DNA of 64,000 nt from Oscillospiraceae bacterium (GCA_015064415.1 SVSG01000002.1:76246-140245); one strand, 5' to 3'; positions 1 to 9,983 are shown, counted from the stretch's first letter. Numbers and translations are program-made. Notes: generated by a model from the sequence alone, not told the origin.

Positions 1-410
1 CCACCTTCTACGCCAAGGAGCGCAGCGGTGCGGAATTCTTGCGTCGCATGCGCACGGGGGATTACACCGCGGGTGCCGTGGGCATCCGGATGTGCGTGGA
101 CGGCGCCCCGATGGGCTCCGAGCTTGCCTACCGCGACGGCATGATTTTGAACATACGTGTGGGAGATTTCTTTACACACGCCTTCAAGCCGCAGACCGCG
201 TACGAGCTGCGCGTTTACACCGATAAGGGGCTTGCGTATGCCTCGATGTTCGACGGTACCGAGGCGCAATCCGTTTCGCTTGCCGTACAAAAACGCGCCT
301 ACTACCGTGCGGAGATCTTTGATCTGACGCACGGCTACCGCGTGGCGGTCGGCAACCCGATCTGGCTGGATCTTGCGCCGTTGCAAGAGGAGCAACAGCA
401 AGAGGCGTAA
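1..410 (+). CDS. C-terminal fragment of a CDS entering from upstream; product unknown (only a weak impression of a PHP/CehA-type metallohydrolase C-terminal region)
   Basis: Frame is open from nt 3 to TAA 408-410 (track ORF 39-410 is its tail). A strong terminator follows directly. Confidence 0.55.
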   Translation, partial: TFYAKERSGAEFLRRMRTGDYTAGAVGIRMCVDGAPMGSELAYRDGMILNIRVGDFFTHAFKPQTAYELRVYTDKGLAYASMFDGTEAQSVSLAVQKRAYYRAEIFDLTHGYRVAVGNPIWLDLAPLQEEQQQEA

Positions 411-412
411 GC

Positions 413-447
413 AAAAGGCACCGCGCGCCGCGCGGTGCCTTTTGCTT
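413..447 (+). terminator. Rho-independent terminator
   Basis: AAAAGGCACCGCG / CGCGGTGCCTTTT 13-bp stem, 5-nt loop, T-rich tail. Confidence 0.8.
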
Positions 448-474
448 GACAAAGCGTGGGGAAAGTGGTATAAT
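446..474 (+). promoter_or_regulatory. Sigma-A-type promoter (TTGACA-17 nt-TATAAT with TG extension)
   Basis: TTGACA 446-451, TGgTATAAT ending at 474, 17-nt spacer. Confidence 0.6.
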
Positions 475-521
475 AAGTGAAAGAAAACGGAACCGCCCAT
501 ACGGGGGAAAGGAGAAAGGCC

Positions 522-902
522 GTGTCGATACACGAATCCGGTGAAAATTATTTGGAGCAGCTGTTGTTGCTTTCCAGAGAAAAAGAAAAGGTGCGCGCAG
601 TCGATCTTTGTGCGGCGCTTGGCTTCTCCCGTCCCACCGTCAGCGTGATGCTGCGCGAGCTGCGCGCGGGTGGCTTTGTGATCGTGGCCGACAACGGCGC
701 GCTTTCCCTGACGGAAAAGGGCGCGGCATTGGCGGAAAAGATCTACGAGCGCCATTGTGTCATTTGCGAATGTCTGGTTGCGCTCGGTGTGTCACGCGAG
801 ACCGCCAAGGCGGATGCCTGCAAGATCGAGCACGACATCAGCGAGGAGACGCTGGATTGCTTACGTGCGCACTTGGCGCGTGTACGCGGGAACGGAAAAT
901 AA
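522..902 (+). CDS. DtxR/MntR-family metal-dependent transcriptional regulator
   Basis: HESGENYLE start and wHTH-like [19 protein letters not shown] are typical of the family. Start moved to GTG 522 (GGAGA upstream) because the predicted TSS (~481) lies downstream of the track start 477. Confidence 0.8.
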   Translation: MSIHESGENYLEQLLLLSREKEKVRAVDLCAALGFSRPTVSVMLRELRAGGFVIVADNGALSLTEKGAALAEKIYERHCVICECLVALGVSRETAKADACKIEHDISEETLDCLRAHLARVRGNGK

Positions 903-903
903 G

Positions 904-1356
904 ATGAAGCACGTGGACATTTATACCGACGGCGCCTGCCACGGCAATCCCGGCCCAGGCGGCTGGGGGGCGGTGCTGGTCTATGCCGGCCGCGAAAAGG
1001 AGCTCTCCGGCGGGGAGGCGCATACCACCAACAACAGAATGGAGCTGCAGGGGGTCATCGCGGCGCTGTCCGCCCTGAAGGAGCCCTGCGAGGTGACGCT
1101 GACCTCGGATTCGCGTTACGTGGTGGAGGCGATCAATGAAAAATGGGTTTACGGCTGGCGCGAGCGCGGCTGGCGCAAGGCGGATAAGTCACCCGCTTTG
1201 AACGTGGATCTCTGGGAGATCTTGCTCCCACTTCTGGAAAAGCACCGCGTGACCTTCGTTTGGGTCAAGGGGCATGCGGGGCATCCGTTCAACGAGCGGT
1301 GTGACCGCTTGGCGACCTCGTACGCGGCGCGTTTTGAAACGCCGGACGGCGTTTGA
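904..1356 (+). CDS. rnhA: Ribonuclease HI
   Basis: [42 protein letters not shown] match RNase H DEDD motifs. ATG 904 lies 1 nt after the regulator stop. Confidence 0.9.
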   Translation: MKHVDIYTDGACHGNPGPGGWGAVLVYAGREKELSGGEAHTTNNRMELQGVIAALSALKEPCEVTLTSDSRYVVEAINEKWVYGWRERGWRKADKSPALNVDLWEILLPLLEKHRVTFVWVKGHAGHPFNERCDRLATSYAARFETPDGV

Positions 1357-1381
1357 TCGAACAATTAATCAGAATATGAAG

Positions 1382-1418
1382 GATACGGCACTGCCCGAAG
1401 CGGCGCCGTATCTTTTTT
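1382..1418 (+). terminator. Rho-independent terminator
   Basis: GATACGGC...GCCGTATC stem followed by TTTTTT. Confidence 0.75.
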
Positions 1419-1640
1419 ACTTTTTGCGAAAAAAAGAATGTAAATGTGAACAAACTGTTTCCAAACGGCCGCGAAAAGTGAAAAAATGAGAAAAAATAAA
1501 AATTAACAATTTGGTAACAATTTGTGTTTGGTGTCCAAAAAGAAGGGGTGGAAGGTGAGCGGATTTGCCGTGGTATCGGTGATTTGAATGGGAATGTGCA
1601 CAAAAAACGCGATTCGGGGGTGCAATTTTGCCGTTTCCCC

Positions 1641-1669
1641 TTGACAAAATGCAACGAATGTATTAAAAT
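1641..1669 (+). promoter_or_regulatory. Candidate promoter of the giant gene
   Basis: TTGACA 1641-1646, 17-nt spacer, TAAAAT 1664-1669. GGAG lies ~10 nt before ATG 1742. Confidence 0.5.
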
Positions 1670-1741
1670 TATTACAAGATATTCTTACACGCGCGAAGGC
1701 GTATGTGAGGGTACCACTTCCAAGAGAGAAGGAGAAAAGTT

Positions 1742-4700
1742 ATGAAAAGAACACTTGCACTTCTGATTGCGGTTCTGATGGTCGTGGGTATGCTCCCCAT
1801 GACTGTGTTTGCCGCAGCAGGGCAGGAGCTGTCCGGCACGACGGGTCACACCCACGAGCAGACATCTCCCGCGCCCGACGCCACTGAGCCCGGGCAGTCC
1901 CAGACACCCAACGAGCCGACCGCGGAGGATTATTTCGCGGTGTACGACGAAGAGGGTGCATGGGTCGGCTACTACGCCACGCTGGCAGCCGCCGATAAGG
2001 CACTGGCAGATGGCTATACGCTCAAGGTGCTTCAGAATTACACCACTGATGCCGCTTATGCATTCGGTACCGAACGCGCAGGCGCAACCGTGGCTCCCAT
2101 CAGCTTCACCATCGACGGTGCGCTGGCAGACGGCAGCAACGCCGTGATCACGGCCAACGTGGCCGGTGCCGCATGGACCTTCGGTGCTGCATGCTGGGGC
2201 GCTAAGATCACCGTCAAGAACGTGACGATGATCGCTTCCGAGACGGCTGTTTCGGTTGCAACCGGTTCCGAGCTTTACCTCAACCTTACCCTGGAAAACT
2301 GCAAGCTGTATGCAGGCAACTCCTACTATGAAGTAGACGCCGCCGCATATGCTACGGCTCCCGCCGCTAACAACGGTGTGGCCCTGCAGGCCAACATGGC
2401 CGTTGTGCAGATCCTCGGTGAGCAGACCGTTCTGCGTGCCACCAACGGCGCCGCCATGTCTCTTGTGTTCAGCCAGACCTACGTGGAAAACGGTTACTTC
2501 TACAGCTCTGCCGCTGCACAGACCGTGAACGTTCAGGCAGGCGCGCTTTACGTGAACGATGCTGCTGTGGTGAATAACAAGCAGTATGCGCTTTCCGCAG
2601 CTTATGCAAACGTTTATATCCACGGTGGTCAGTACGCTGTCACGGCTGCCGCACAGGATGTGGTTGCTGCCGCAGTATATGCCGCTAACCAGTCCAAGAT
2701 CTACGTTTACAGCGCAACGATCGCCGCAGGCGCAGGTGCCTATGCCGCTTACGCTGCTGAGGCAAGCATTGCCCTGTACGCTGCAACGCTTTCCGCTGAT
2801 TCTGCCGCACTTTCCGTGGGCGGAAACGTGACCGTTGCCGAGATCTCCGCTAAGACCGAGGGCGCTGCAGCCGCTTCCGTTGCCATCGTTGGTGAGGGCA
2901 ATGCCGAGGCCCCTGCTCATACGATCTCTACCACTTATCAAACCACGGTTGCTCTGAATGCCATCGGCGAGACCGCCGTTTGCGCAAAGATCCTGAATGC
3001 AGCCGGTGAGGTCGTGTATTATCTTCCCGCCAGCAACGCGACGCTGCTTGCTACGCAGCTCGACGTGATGTTCGAGTCCATCCCCGACGGCGGTAAGCTG
3101 GTTCTTGCTACCGACGTGAAGCTTGCATCCGCCTTCCGTCTGCCGATGATGCCTGCCATGAACATCACGCTGGAAGGCGAGACTGCCGTAACGCTTTCCG
3201 GTGCCGTTGAAGGTTATCTGGCCGAGGCGACCACCTATGCAAACCTGACCCTTTCCAACGTGAAGCTGGAAAACACCGCGGGCAAGGGTGTGTACTTCGG
3301 TGCAAACGAGTTCGCTGACTTGGTTGCCATGGACAGCACTCTGACGCTGGAGAACGGATCCTCCGTGACGGCCGCTAAGGGCGAGGCCCTGTACGTGGCG
3401 ACCGGTGCGACTGTGACCGTTAAGGCCGGCGCGACCGTGCAGTCCGTTGAGGTTCCCGTGACCAATGCCGAGGCACTGGATGCCGTGGTTCTTGTTGAGG
3501 GCGGCGCCGCATTCGTGCTGGACGGCGGTTCCGTGCTGGCTCCCAAGGCCAACGCCATCACGCTGTTCATGTCCGTGAACGCAACTCGCTCCAGCGTGGT
3601 GGGTGAGGTTACTTACTCCAATACCTTCCGCAATGCTACATTTAATCTTAATGCGGGCTCCGTAACGGTTCCCGGTGCTCTTTCCTCTCTGCACCAGATT
3701 TCCGATTCCTCGAATCGTCCGATCTTTGTGGTGAGACCCGAGGTGACCTTCACCGCGGTGGATCCCGAAGGCGGTGCAGAATCCTTCCTCTTTAATACTA
3801 TAGAGAATCCCATCGAGCTTCTCGATGCCGAAGGCGCTCACGTGGCGTACTACGACAGCATCGCGGCTGCTCTTGCAGACGTCAAGGACGGTTACACCGT
3901 CTCCGTCTTGGCCGATCACCTGGAAACCGGCTTCTTCAGAGCTGAGTTCACCGAGATGGCTTGGACGCTGAATGGTAACGGCCATAAGATCTACATGCCC
4001 GAGATCAACTTCTACGGCATGGAGTTCCGCGGCAAGAACGTGACCGCTTCTCTGAACGATTTCACCCTGTACGCCGGTGGCTACGGTATCTTCCTGAACC
4101 CCGGTGACACCAATGCCGGTGTGGCCGTTGTGGCAACCAACGTATTCGTATACGGTTCCGGTGCCGCCAACACCAATGGCGATACCTACGTGGGCAATCC
4201 CGCCAACACCGCCGCTTATCGCGTGAACAACCGCGGTGGCGAGCTGGTACTGCTTGGTGAGGGCTCCGGTGCCTTTGTAAACGGCAACGGCGTGGGCTTC
4301 ACTTACCTGATCTACAACGGTGGTTACCTGACCATCAACGACGGTTACTACACGGGTGCCGGCATCGACTATCTGGTTCAGACCTACGGTAGCGGTGCAC
4401 GCGGCAACAATCCCGATTACACCCTGACCTACATCGCAGGCGGTAACTTCGTGGGCGCTGAGTCCAGCCGCTTCGGCTTCCGCTCCTACCACGGCGCGCT
4501 GACCATCTTCGGCGGCGGCAATGTGGTGACCAAGAACGGCGTGACCCTTCGCATTGGCGAGGGCAGCTCGAATGCCGGCTACGCCATGATCTTCGGCGGT
4601 AACTTCTATCATCTCTCTGACTCCAACTTCATCAACTGGAGCGGCGCTGCAGTGGATTACACCAGCGTGGCTTACTACGGCGGTACGATCTACTCGACCG

Positions 4701-7700
4701 CAGCCGCTGAGACCTCCAAGCTGCAGCAGACCGAGTCTGCCGCTACCTGGAGCACCGGCTATCAGTCCTTTGCTTACGGCATCTACACGGCCGAGGGTTA
4801 CACCAACGCCTTCTCCACCTACACCACCACCGAGGCCGAGCAGAAGCTTGGTCTTACGGCAGGCACTACCTACACGGCAGAGTCTGTTGTGGAGGATGAG
4901 AAGTGGCTTGCAGCAAGGGGCTACACCAAGGGTGATTACACCTTCAAGGCATACACCGGCAACGGTGACAACTATTTCGGCGTGTACGGCACGCAGCTGT
5001 GGCTTGCTACTTACGCAGTTGGCACTTACAACGGCGTGATCGAGCTGCAGAAGAATATGGAGTTCCTGCACTCTGCTGCAAGCTACTCCCGTATCAACGG
5101 TCCCGCAGCACGCGTGACTATCACCAGTGCTCCCGGTGAGTGCTACACCTACGCTTCCTCCAACTATGGCAACAATGCAACCGGCTCCTACGGCTCTACC
5201 TACTTCCTGTGGCTGAACGGCGGTACTTGGATCGTCAAGAACATCAGTCTTGTGAACCGCGGTAGCCAGTGTGTTCAGTTCAACTCCAGATTCAACGGCC
5301 AGAACCTCAGCCGCGCTACCTTGGTGATCGCCGAGGGCGGTGAGATCGCCGGCTTCACCTCCTCCGTGCTGATGGCTGATAAGGGCCTTTGCATCGTGGA
5401 AGAGGGCGGTCGCATCACGGCTGCTATGAACGGTGTGACCGGCAAGTACGGCAGCTTGAACTTGCTTCGTATGGATGGCGATTCCGATGCCAAGATCTAC
5501 GGTGATCTCGGCTTCCTGCGCGACGGCACGCTTCCCACCAGCGGCGGTTACCAGTGTATCAACTACAATGGCAACGGTGATATGGTACAGGGTACCGGTG
5601 AAAAGTGCGAGGTCTACATCGCTTCTACTGCACGCCTTGGCGGTGCTAAGGGTGCAACCAATACCCTTGTCAATACGGCTAACATTACCGACTATACCAA
5701 GACGCATGACGTCATCATTACTGCCGAGGCGGGCGCACAGTTCGTGACCGACGGTAGCGTGGCCAATGCCAACGCCGGCGTACAGCTCTTCTTCGACGGC
5801 GTGATCATCAAGAACGTCACCGAGCGCACGGATGCCGAGGGTGTTTACTTCCAGGGTAGCGGTTACATCTTCACGATGAACGGCGGCGGCGGTGAATTCT
5901 CCAACATTCAATACCGCGGCGGCTCCTTCATGCTGGTCGACAGTAAGGGCATGCCCAAGCAGGATGCACTTACCGTTACCTTCTCCGGCGACAACCATAT
6001 TTCCACCATTACCAACACCCTGTTCATGGTGATGAATGCCTCCTGTAACACGGATATTGTGATTGAGGATGGCTACTATCACAACGAGGTGAACGGCAAC
6101 CTGTTCTACGGTCAGCCCGATCCGATCGGCACCCCCGATTCCGAGGGTCTGCTTACCATCAACGGCGGTTACTTCTTCAAGGATAACGGCGCCGGCATGT
6201 TCAAGATGATGGGCTCCTACGACGTTGAGGTCAATGGCGGTACCTTTGATACCACCGCTTCCTCGATCTTCACCTTCTCTTATTCGAGTGGCACGACCCA
6301 CAATCCCGCCTCCGGTAATCTGACCATCAATGGCGGTACCTTCTACCTGAGTGCCGGTTACCTTGCTTCCGCAAACGTACTGACCGACTGCGGTAAGCTG
6401 ACCATCAACGACGGTTACTTCTATGCATGCGTTCGCGAGAACTATGCAGGCAATCTTGTCACTCCCACCGCATTCCTTTACATGGGCGGCGAGACCGTGA
6501 CCGAGATCAACGGCGGCGTCTTTGAGACAGAAGAGTTTGAGACCAACAAGCACTGCATGGTGCTTCGCACCCTGCAGAGTGCGAAAGCTATCGTAAACGA
6601 TTGGACCGTCTACTACCGCGCCGGTGAGGAATCTCCCATCCGTGTAGAGGGTGACTCCGTGGTCGAAATCTACGGTGGTTGGGTAGAGTCCAACGGTCGT
6701 TACGTTGCCCGTACCATGGGTGGCAAGAATACCACGACGGCTGTCACCACGGTTTCCAACGCAACCCTTAAGATCTATGGCGGCGTCATGATGCTGACGG
6801 ACGTGCATCCCGCATTCAACAACAGCTCCGGATACTGTGTTGTGGCAAACGGCGGTTCCGAGCAGTACGGTCACGTTTACATCTACGGCGGTCTGTTCAT
6901 CAACAACCGCGATGGCGCGCCTCTCAATCCCGGCAGCGTTTACTCCCGCTACGTTATGTACCGTTCCAACGCCTTCGGTGCATTTGAGATCTACGGCGGT
7001 ATTATGATGGCTACTCCCACGCAGGACCTCTTCTACAAGGCCGCTTGGAAGGAGGCCTCCGACACCGCTTCTATTCCCAGCACGAACCTGCCCATCGTCA
7101 AGGGCCTGACTCCCAAGTACGAGTTCGGCGGACGTGAATACTATTACAGCGCTTACGGCGTAGGCGATTCTCTCTTGGTTCCCGAGCTGCAGCCCAACGT
7201 ACAGGCCAGCATTTCCGAAGAGGGCAACGGCCTGACCTTCATCTCGGGTATGACCGCTGTTCACTATGACGCATTGCTCACTTGGGCAAGCGCACAGTCC
7301 TTCAACTACAACGGCATCAAGGACGGCTACAAGCTGAGCTACGGCACGCTGATCGCTCCCGCTGACACGCTGATCGCTACCATGGGCGTGTTCAACAAGG
7401 ATAGATTCGACGCACTTGAGCTTCCTTACATTGACGTTCCCGCAACCGAAGAGGATGCCACCGTGAACGAGGACGGCACGCTGGATATTTCCGCTACCGT
7501 TGAGAACATCACCGTGGAAAACAATACCACCCTTTACGTGGCACTGCCCTACGTGGTGCTGACCGTTGGTGTGGGTACCGCTGCAGAGTCCTCCGTCCGT
7601 TACTACGGCGAGTATAGCCTCAGCACCGGTGTGGCTTCTATGGCAACCACTGCCGCAGCAGCCCTTCGCGACAACACCGATATCGCCATTGGCGAATATC

Positions 7701-9922
7701 AGTATCCCAGCGTAGTTGTGTTGAATGCCTTCAGCCGCTACACGGTAGAGCAGCAGAACGTGCTGGTTACCTACCTTGCTCACGAGCACAACTTCAACAA
7801 CCAGGGCGTTTGTACCGATGCTGATTGCGCATACGACGCAAACGTTGAGATCGATCCCGACTTTGAAACTCAGGTCTACTCCGAGAACGGACTTGTCAAG
7901 TTCTACAAGATGAACCTGAAGAAGGACGTTGTTTACAGCATTTCCTTCAGCCGTAACACCGTTGAGTACACTGTGTACGATGCACAGGGTAATGCACTGA
8001 CCCTCAAGGACGGTACCTTCACCGCATCCGAGGACGGCGTTTACTACATCCGCGTGGATGGCCAGCGCGCAGGCGCTACCACGATGACTGTTTCCCACAT
8101 TCACAATGCCGGCTATACCGGTTCTTGTGTGGTATGTGAGCAGGAGCTTTCCGTTGAGATCTCTGTGGAAGAGCTTTACGAGCAGCTGGTGGTGAAGAAC
8201 AACCTGTACTTCTACAACATCGAGTTGGAAGCCGACATTAAGTACACGATCGCTACCGTAAACGGTAACTTCAAGATCTATAACGCAGAGGGTGTTGAGC
8301 AGGAAGTGGTTGAAAGCATCTTTACCTGCCCTGAGGATGGCGTATACTACATCGTAGTTGAGGCCACCTACACCTCCACCGGTTCCGTGCACGTGGCTCA
8401 TATCCATGATTTCGATTGCACCGGTCTTTGTAAGCTGGATTACTGTGACGTCTACGTAGGCGTTGCCATTTCCAACGTTTACAAGTACTCCGCAGGTCAG
8501 TCGGTCGTTTCCGGCGATAAGCTGTTCTTCAACATCCGCATGGAGGCAGGCAAGACCTACACCATTGCACCCGTTGGCTTTATCGGTCTGTTCTCTTTGT
8601 TCAATACAGAGGGTGAAAAGATGACCATCGGTAGCGGCGATACCTTCGCTTGTGAGGAAGCCGGTATCTACTATCTGGTGGTTGACGTACAGGCAAAGGT
8701 GACGGCTCGACTTCGCTTCGAGGTTGCTCACGGCCAGTGCGAGTTCGACAATAAGGGCGAATGCTTCTTCAAGCACGTCAGAAACGAGCTGGATGAAAAC
8801 GGTAACACCGTGGAAGAGACCGTTAGCTGCGGTAAGACCAACCGTACCCGTATTTACGATAACCAGTCTGTAACCCAGACGATCGTTCTTGGTAAGAAGA
8901 CTTACTTCACCATGATCTATGCAGGCGCAGGCGTTACTTACCTCATCGATATGCCCACCACTGTGGATTACTATCTGTGTGATGCAAGCGGCAACGTGAT
9001 CGAGCCCGTTGTGAACGGTGCGAACGGCGTTACTTACGTCAAGGCCACCAACGCGGATGGCACCCGCACGCAGGACACCTACGTAGACGTGGATACCCAG
9101 CGTGTGATCTATCTGGTCGTTACCACTAAGGCAGATGCAACCGAATCCGCTGATATCACCTTCACGGTTTCTCACGTGCATGATATCAACCACCGTGGCG
9201 TTTGTACGGTGAAGGATACCACCCAGAACACCGTTGTGGGTTGTACCGTGAACAAGCGTGAGAGCATGGTTCTTGATACCGAGACCGTTGTGAACTGCAC
9301 CGCTGATTCCGTACACTACTACGAGCTGTTCTTCACCATGGGCACCGAGTACACCGTTAACGTGGACAACGAAAACGTTGCTTGGGCTTTGATGAATGCA
9401 AACGGTGAGAAGGTTCATGCAAGCGGCATGACCGGTGCATACACCGCTACCGATAGCGGCGAGTACTACCTGATCTTGACCGGCACCGCCGGCTTGACCG
9501 AGGAGACCGCAGTCACCGTATCCGTAACCTCTCACGTGCACACGATCAACAACAAGGGTGAGTGCGCAGATGAGACCTGTGATCTCAAGCTGACCGAGTT
9601 CCAGAAGAATCTGGACGAGATGGTTGGCGTGACGACCGGCCAGTTGAAGGCAGGCACGCACTACTTCAAGGCTACCATGGAGGCAGGCAAGACCTATGCG
9701 CTTTCCTTCTCCGCAAACGGCATCACCTATAAGCTGTACGGCGGCGAGAACGCTGACGTTGAAATGACCGTTACCGACGGTGCCTTCGCGTGCACCGAGA
9801 GCGGCACTTACTACTACGTAGTAGTGGTTGCTCAGAACACGGCTCAGAGCGCTACCACGACCTTTACCGTGGTTGACACTCCCGTAGTCGAGACCCCTGA
9901 GCAGACGGAAGACGTCGAGTAA
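1742..9922 (+). CDS. Giant secreted protein (2726 aa): signal peptide, long beta-solenoid-like Gly/Asn/Thr/Tyr-rich region, six C-terminal ~100-150-aa modules; function unknown
   Basis: N-terminus MKRTLALLIAVLMVVGMLPMTVFAAAG (basic n-region, hydrophobic core, AAA cleavage-like site). Recurrent (I/V)xGGxF/IYGG turns. No LPXTG, SLH, dockerin or C-terminal hydrophobic tail recognised. Terminator follows. Confidence 0.9.
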   Translation: MKRTLALLIAVLMVVGMLPMTVFAAAGQELSGTTGHTHEQTSPAPDATEPGQSQTPNEPTAEDYFAVYDEEGAWVGYYATLAAADKALADGYTLKVLQNYTTDAAYAFGTERAGATVAPISFTIDGALADGSNAVITANVAGAAWTFGAACWGAKITVKNVTMIASETAVSVATGSELYLNLTLENCKLYAGNSYYEVDAAAYATAPAANNGVALQANMAVVQILGEQTVLRATNGAAMSLVFSQTYVENGYFYSSAAAQTVNVQAGALYVNDAAVVNNKQYALSAAYANVYIHGGQYAVTAAAQDVVAAAVYAANQSKIYVYSATIAAGAGAYAAYAAEASIALYAATLSADSAALSVGGNVTVAEISAKTEGAAAASVAIVGEGNAEAPAHTISTTYQTTVALNAIGETAVCAKILNAAGEVVYYLPASNATLLATQLDVMFESIPDGGKLVLATDVKLASAFRLPMMPAMNITLEGETAVTLSGAVEGYLAEATTYANLTLSNVKLENTAGKGVYFGANEFADLVAMDSTLTLENGSSVTAAKGEALYVATGATVTVKAGATVQSVEVPVTNAEALDAVVLVEGGAAFVLDGGSVLAPKANAITLFMSVNATRSSVVGEVTYSNTFRNATFNLNAGSVTVPGALSSLHQISDSSNRPIFVVRPEVTFTAVDPEGGAESFLFNTIENPIELLDAEGAHVAYYDSIAAALADVKDGYTVSVLADHLETGFFRAEFTEMAWTLNGNGHKIYMPEINFYGMEFRGKNVTASLNDFTLYAGGYGIFLNPGDTNAGVAVVATNVFVYGSGAANTNGDTYVGNPANTAAYRVNNRGGELVLLGEGSGAFVNGNGVGFTYLIYNGGYLTINDGYYTGAGIDYLVQTYGSGARGNNPDYTLTYIAGGNFVGAESSRFGFRSYHGALTIFGGGNVVTKNGVTLRIGEGSSNAGYAMIFGGNFYHLSDSNFINWSGAAVDYTSVAYYGGTIYSTAAAETSKLQQTESAATWSTGYQSFAYGIYTAEGYTNAFSTYTTTEAEQKLGLTAGTTYTAESVVEDEKWLAARGYTKGDYTFKAYTGNGDNYFGVYGTQLWLATYAVGTYNGVIELQKNMEFLHSAASYSRINGPAARVTITSAPGECYTYASSNYGNNATGSYGSTYFLWLNGGTWIVKNISLVNRGSQCVQFNSRFNGQNLSRATLVIAEGGEIAGFTSSVLMADKGLCIVEEGGRITAAMNGVTGKYGSLNLLRMDGDSDAKIYGDLGFLRDGTLPTSGGYQCINYNGNGDMVQGTGEKCEVYIASTARLGGAKGATNTLVNTANITDYTKTHDVIITAEAGAQFVTDGSVANANAGVQLFFDGVIIKNVTERTDAEGVYFQGSGYIFTMNGGGGEFSNIQYRGGSFMLVDSKGMPKQDALTVTFSGDNHISTITNTLFMVMNASCNTDIVIEDGYYHNEVNGNLFYGQPDPIGTPDSEGLLTINGGYFFKDNGAGMFKMMGSYDVEVNGGTFDTTASSIFTFSYSSGTTHNPASGNLTINGGTFYLSAGYLASANVLTDCGKLTINDGYFYACVRENYAGNLVTPTAFLYMGGETVTEINGGVFETEEFETNKHCMVLRTLQSAKAIVNDWTVYYRAGEESPIRVEGDSVVEIYGGWVESNGRYVARTMGGKNTTTAVTTVSNATLKIYGGVMMLTDVHPAFNNSSGYCVVANGGSEQYGHVYIYGGLFINNRDGAPLNPGSVYSRYVMYRSNAFGAFEIYGGIMMATPTQDLFYKAAWKEASDTASIPSTNLPIVKGLTPKYEFGGREYYYSAYGVGDSLLVPELQPNVQASISEEGNGLTFISGMTAVHYDALLTWASAQSFNYNGIKDGYKLSYGTLIAPADTLIATMGVFNKDRFDALELPYIDVPATEEDATVNEDGTLDISATVENITVENNTTLYVALPYVVLTVGVGTAAESSVRYYGEYSLSTGVASMATTAAAALRDNTDIAIGEYQYPSVVVLNAFSRYTVEQQNVLVTYLAHEHNFNNQGVCTDADCAYDANVEIDPDFETQVYSENGLVKFYKMNLKKDVVYSISFSRNTVEYTVYDAQGNALTLKDGTFTASEDGVYYIRVDGQRAGATTMTVSHIHNAGYTGSCVVCEQELSVEISVEELYEQLVVKNNLYFYNIELEADIKYTIATVNGNFKIYNAEGVEQEVVESIFTCPEDGVYYIVVEATYTSTGSVHVAHIHDFDCTGLCKLDYCDVYVGVAISNVYKYSAGQSVVSGDKLFFNIRMEAGKTYTIAPVGFIGLFSLFNTEGEKMTIGSGDTFACEEAGIYYLVVDVQAKVTARLRFEVAHGQCEFDNKGECFFKHVRNELDENGNTVEETVSCGKTNRTRIYDNQSVTQTIVLGKKTYFTMIYAGAGVTYLIDMPTTVDYYLCDASGNVIEPVVNGANGVTYVKATNADGTRTQDTYVDVDTQRVIYLVVTTKADATESADITFTVSHVHDINHRGVCTVKDTTQNTVVGCTVNKRESMVLDTETVVNCTADSVHYYELFFTMGTEYTVNVDNENVAWALMNANGEKVHASGMTGAYTATDSGEYYLILTGTAGLTEETAVTVSVTSHVHTINNKGECADETCDLKLTEFQKNLDEMVGVTTGQLKAGTHYFKATMEAGKTYALSFSANGITYKLYGGENADVEMTVTDGAFACTESGTYYYVVVVAQNTAQSATTTFTVVDTPVVETPEQTEDVE
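7781..9880 (+). repeat. Six tandem protein-coding modules inside the giant gene, each opening with HxHxxxxxGxC
   Basis: Module starts at nt 7781 (HEHNFNNQGVC), 8095 (HIHNAGYTGSC), 8399 (HIHDFDCTGLC), 8729 (HGQCEFDNKGEC), 9173 (HVHDINHRGVC), 9533 (HVHTINNKGEC). Shared core ..YF/YY..(E/K)AG(K)TY...Y.A.G......F.C.E.G.YY..V. Confidence 0.8.
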
Positions 9923-9940
9923 TCCCGTTTGAAACAAAAA

Positions 9941-9976
9941 ATCCCCAAGGCAATATGCCTTGGGGATTTTTTTGCG
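9941..9976 (+). terminator. Rho-independent terminator
   Basis: ATCCCCAAGGCA / TGCCTTGGGGAT stem followed by TTTTTTT. Confidence 0.85.
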
Positions 9977-9983
9977 TGGCGCA

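Noticed and set aside
477-521. Track start (GTG 477) for the DtxR/MntR-like regulator
   Set aside because: It lies 3 nt after the -10 hexamer, so probably upstream of the TSS. GTG 522 with a GGAGA RBS gives the family-typical N-terminus.
1685-9937. 2750-aa uninterrupted ORF on the minus strand, longer than the giant gene it overlaps
   Set aside because: It is codon-aligned with the plus-strand gene (both have codon boundaries at positions equal to 2 mod 3). It therefore stays open simply because the sense gene never uses TTA, CTA or TCA codons. The translation is low-complexity (G/V/H/A-rich) with no start context, signal or motifs. The plus-strand gene has a signal peptide, RBS, promoter and terminator. 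This is a codon-bias shadow ORF.
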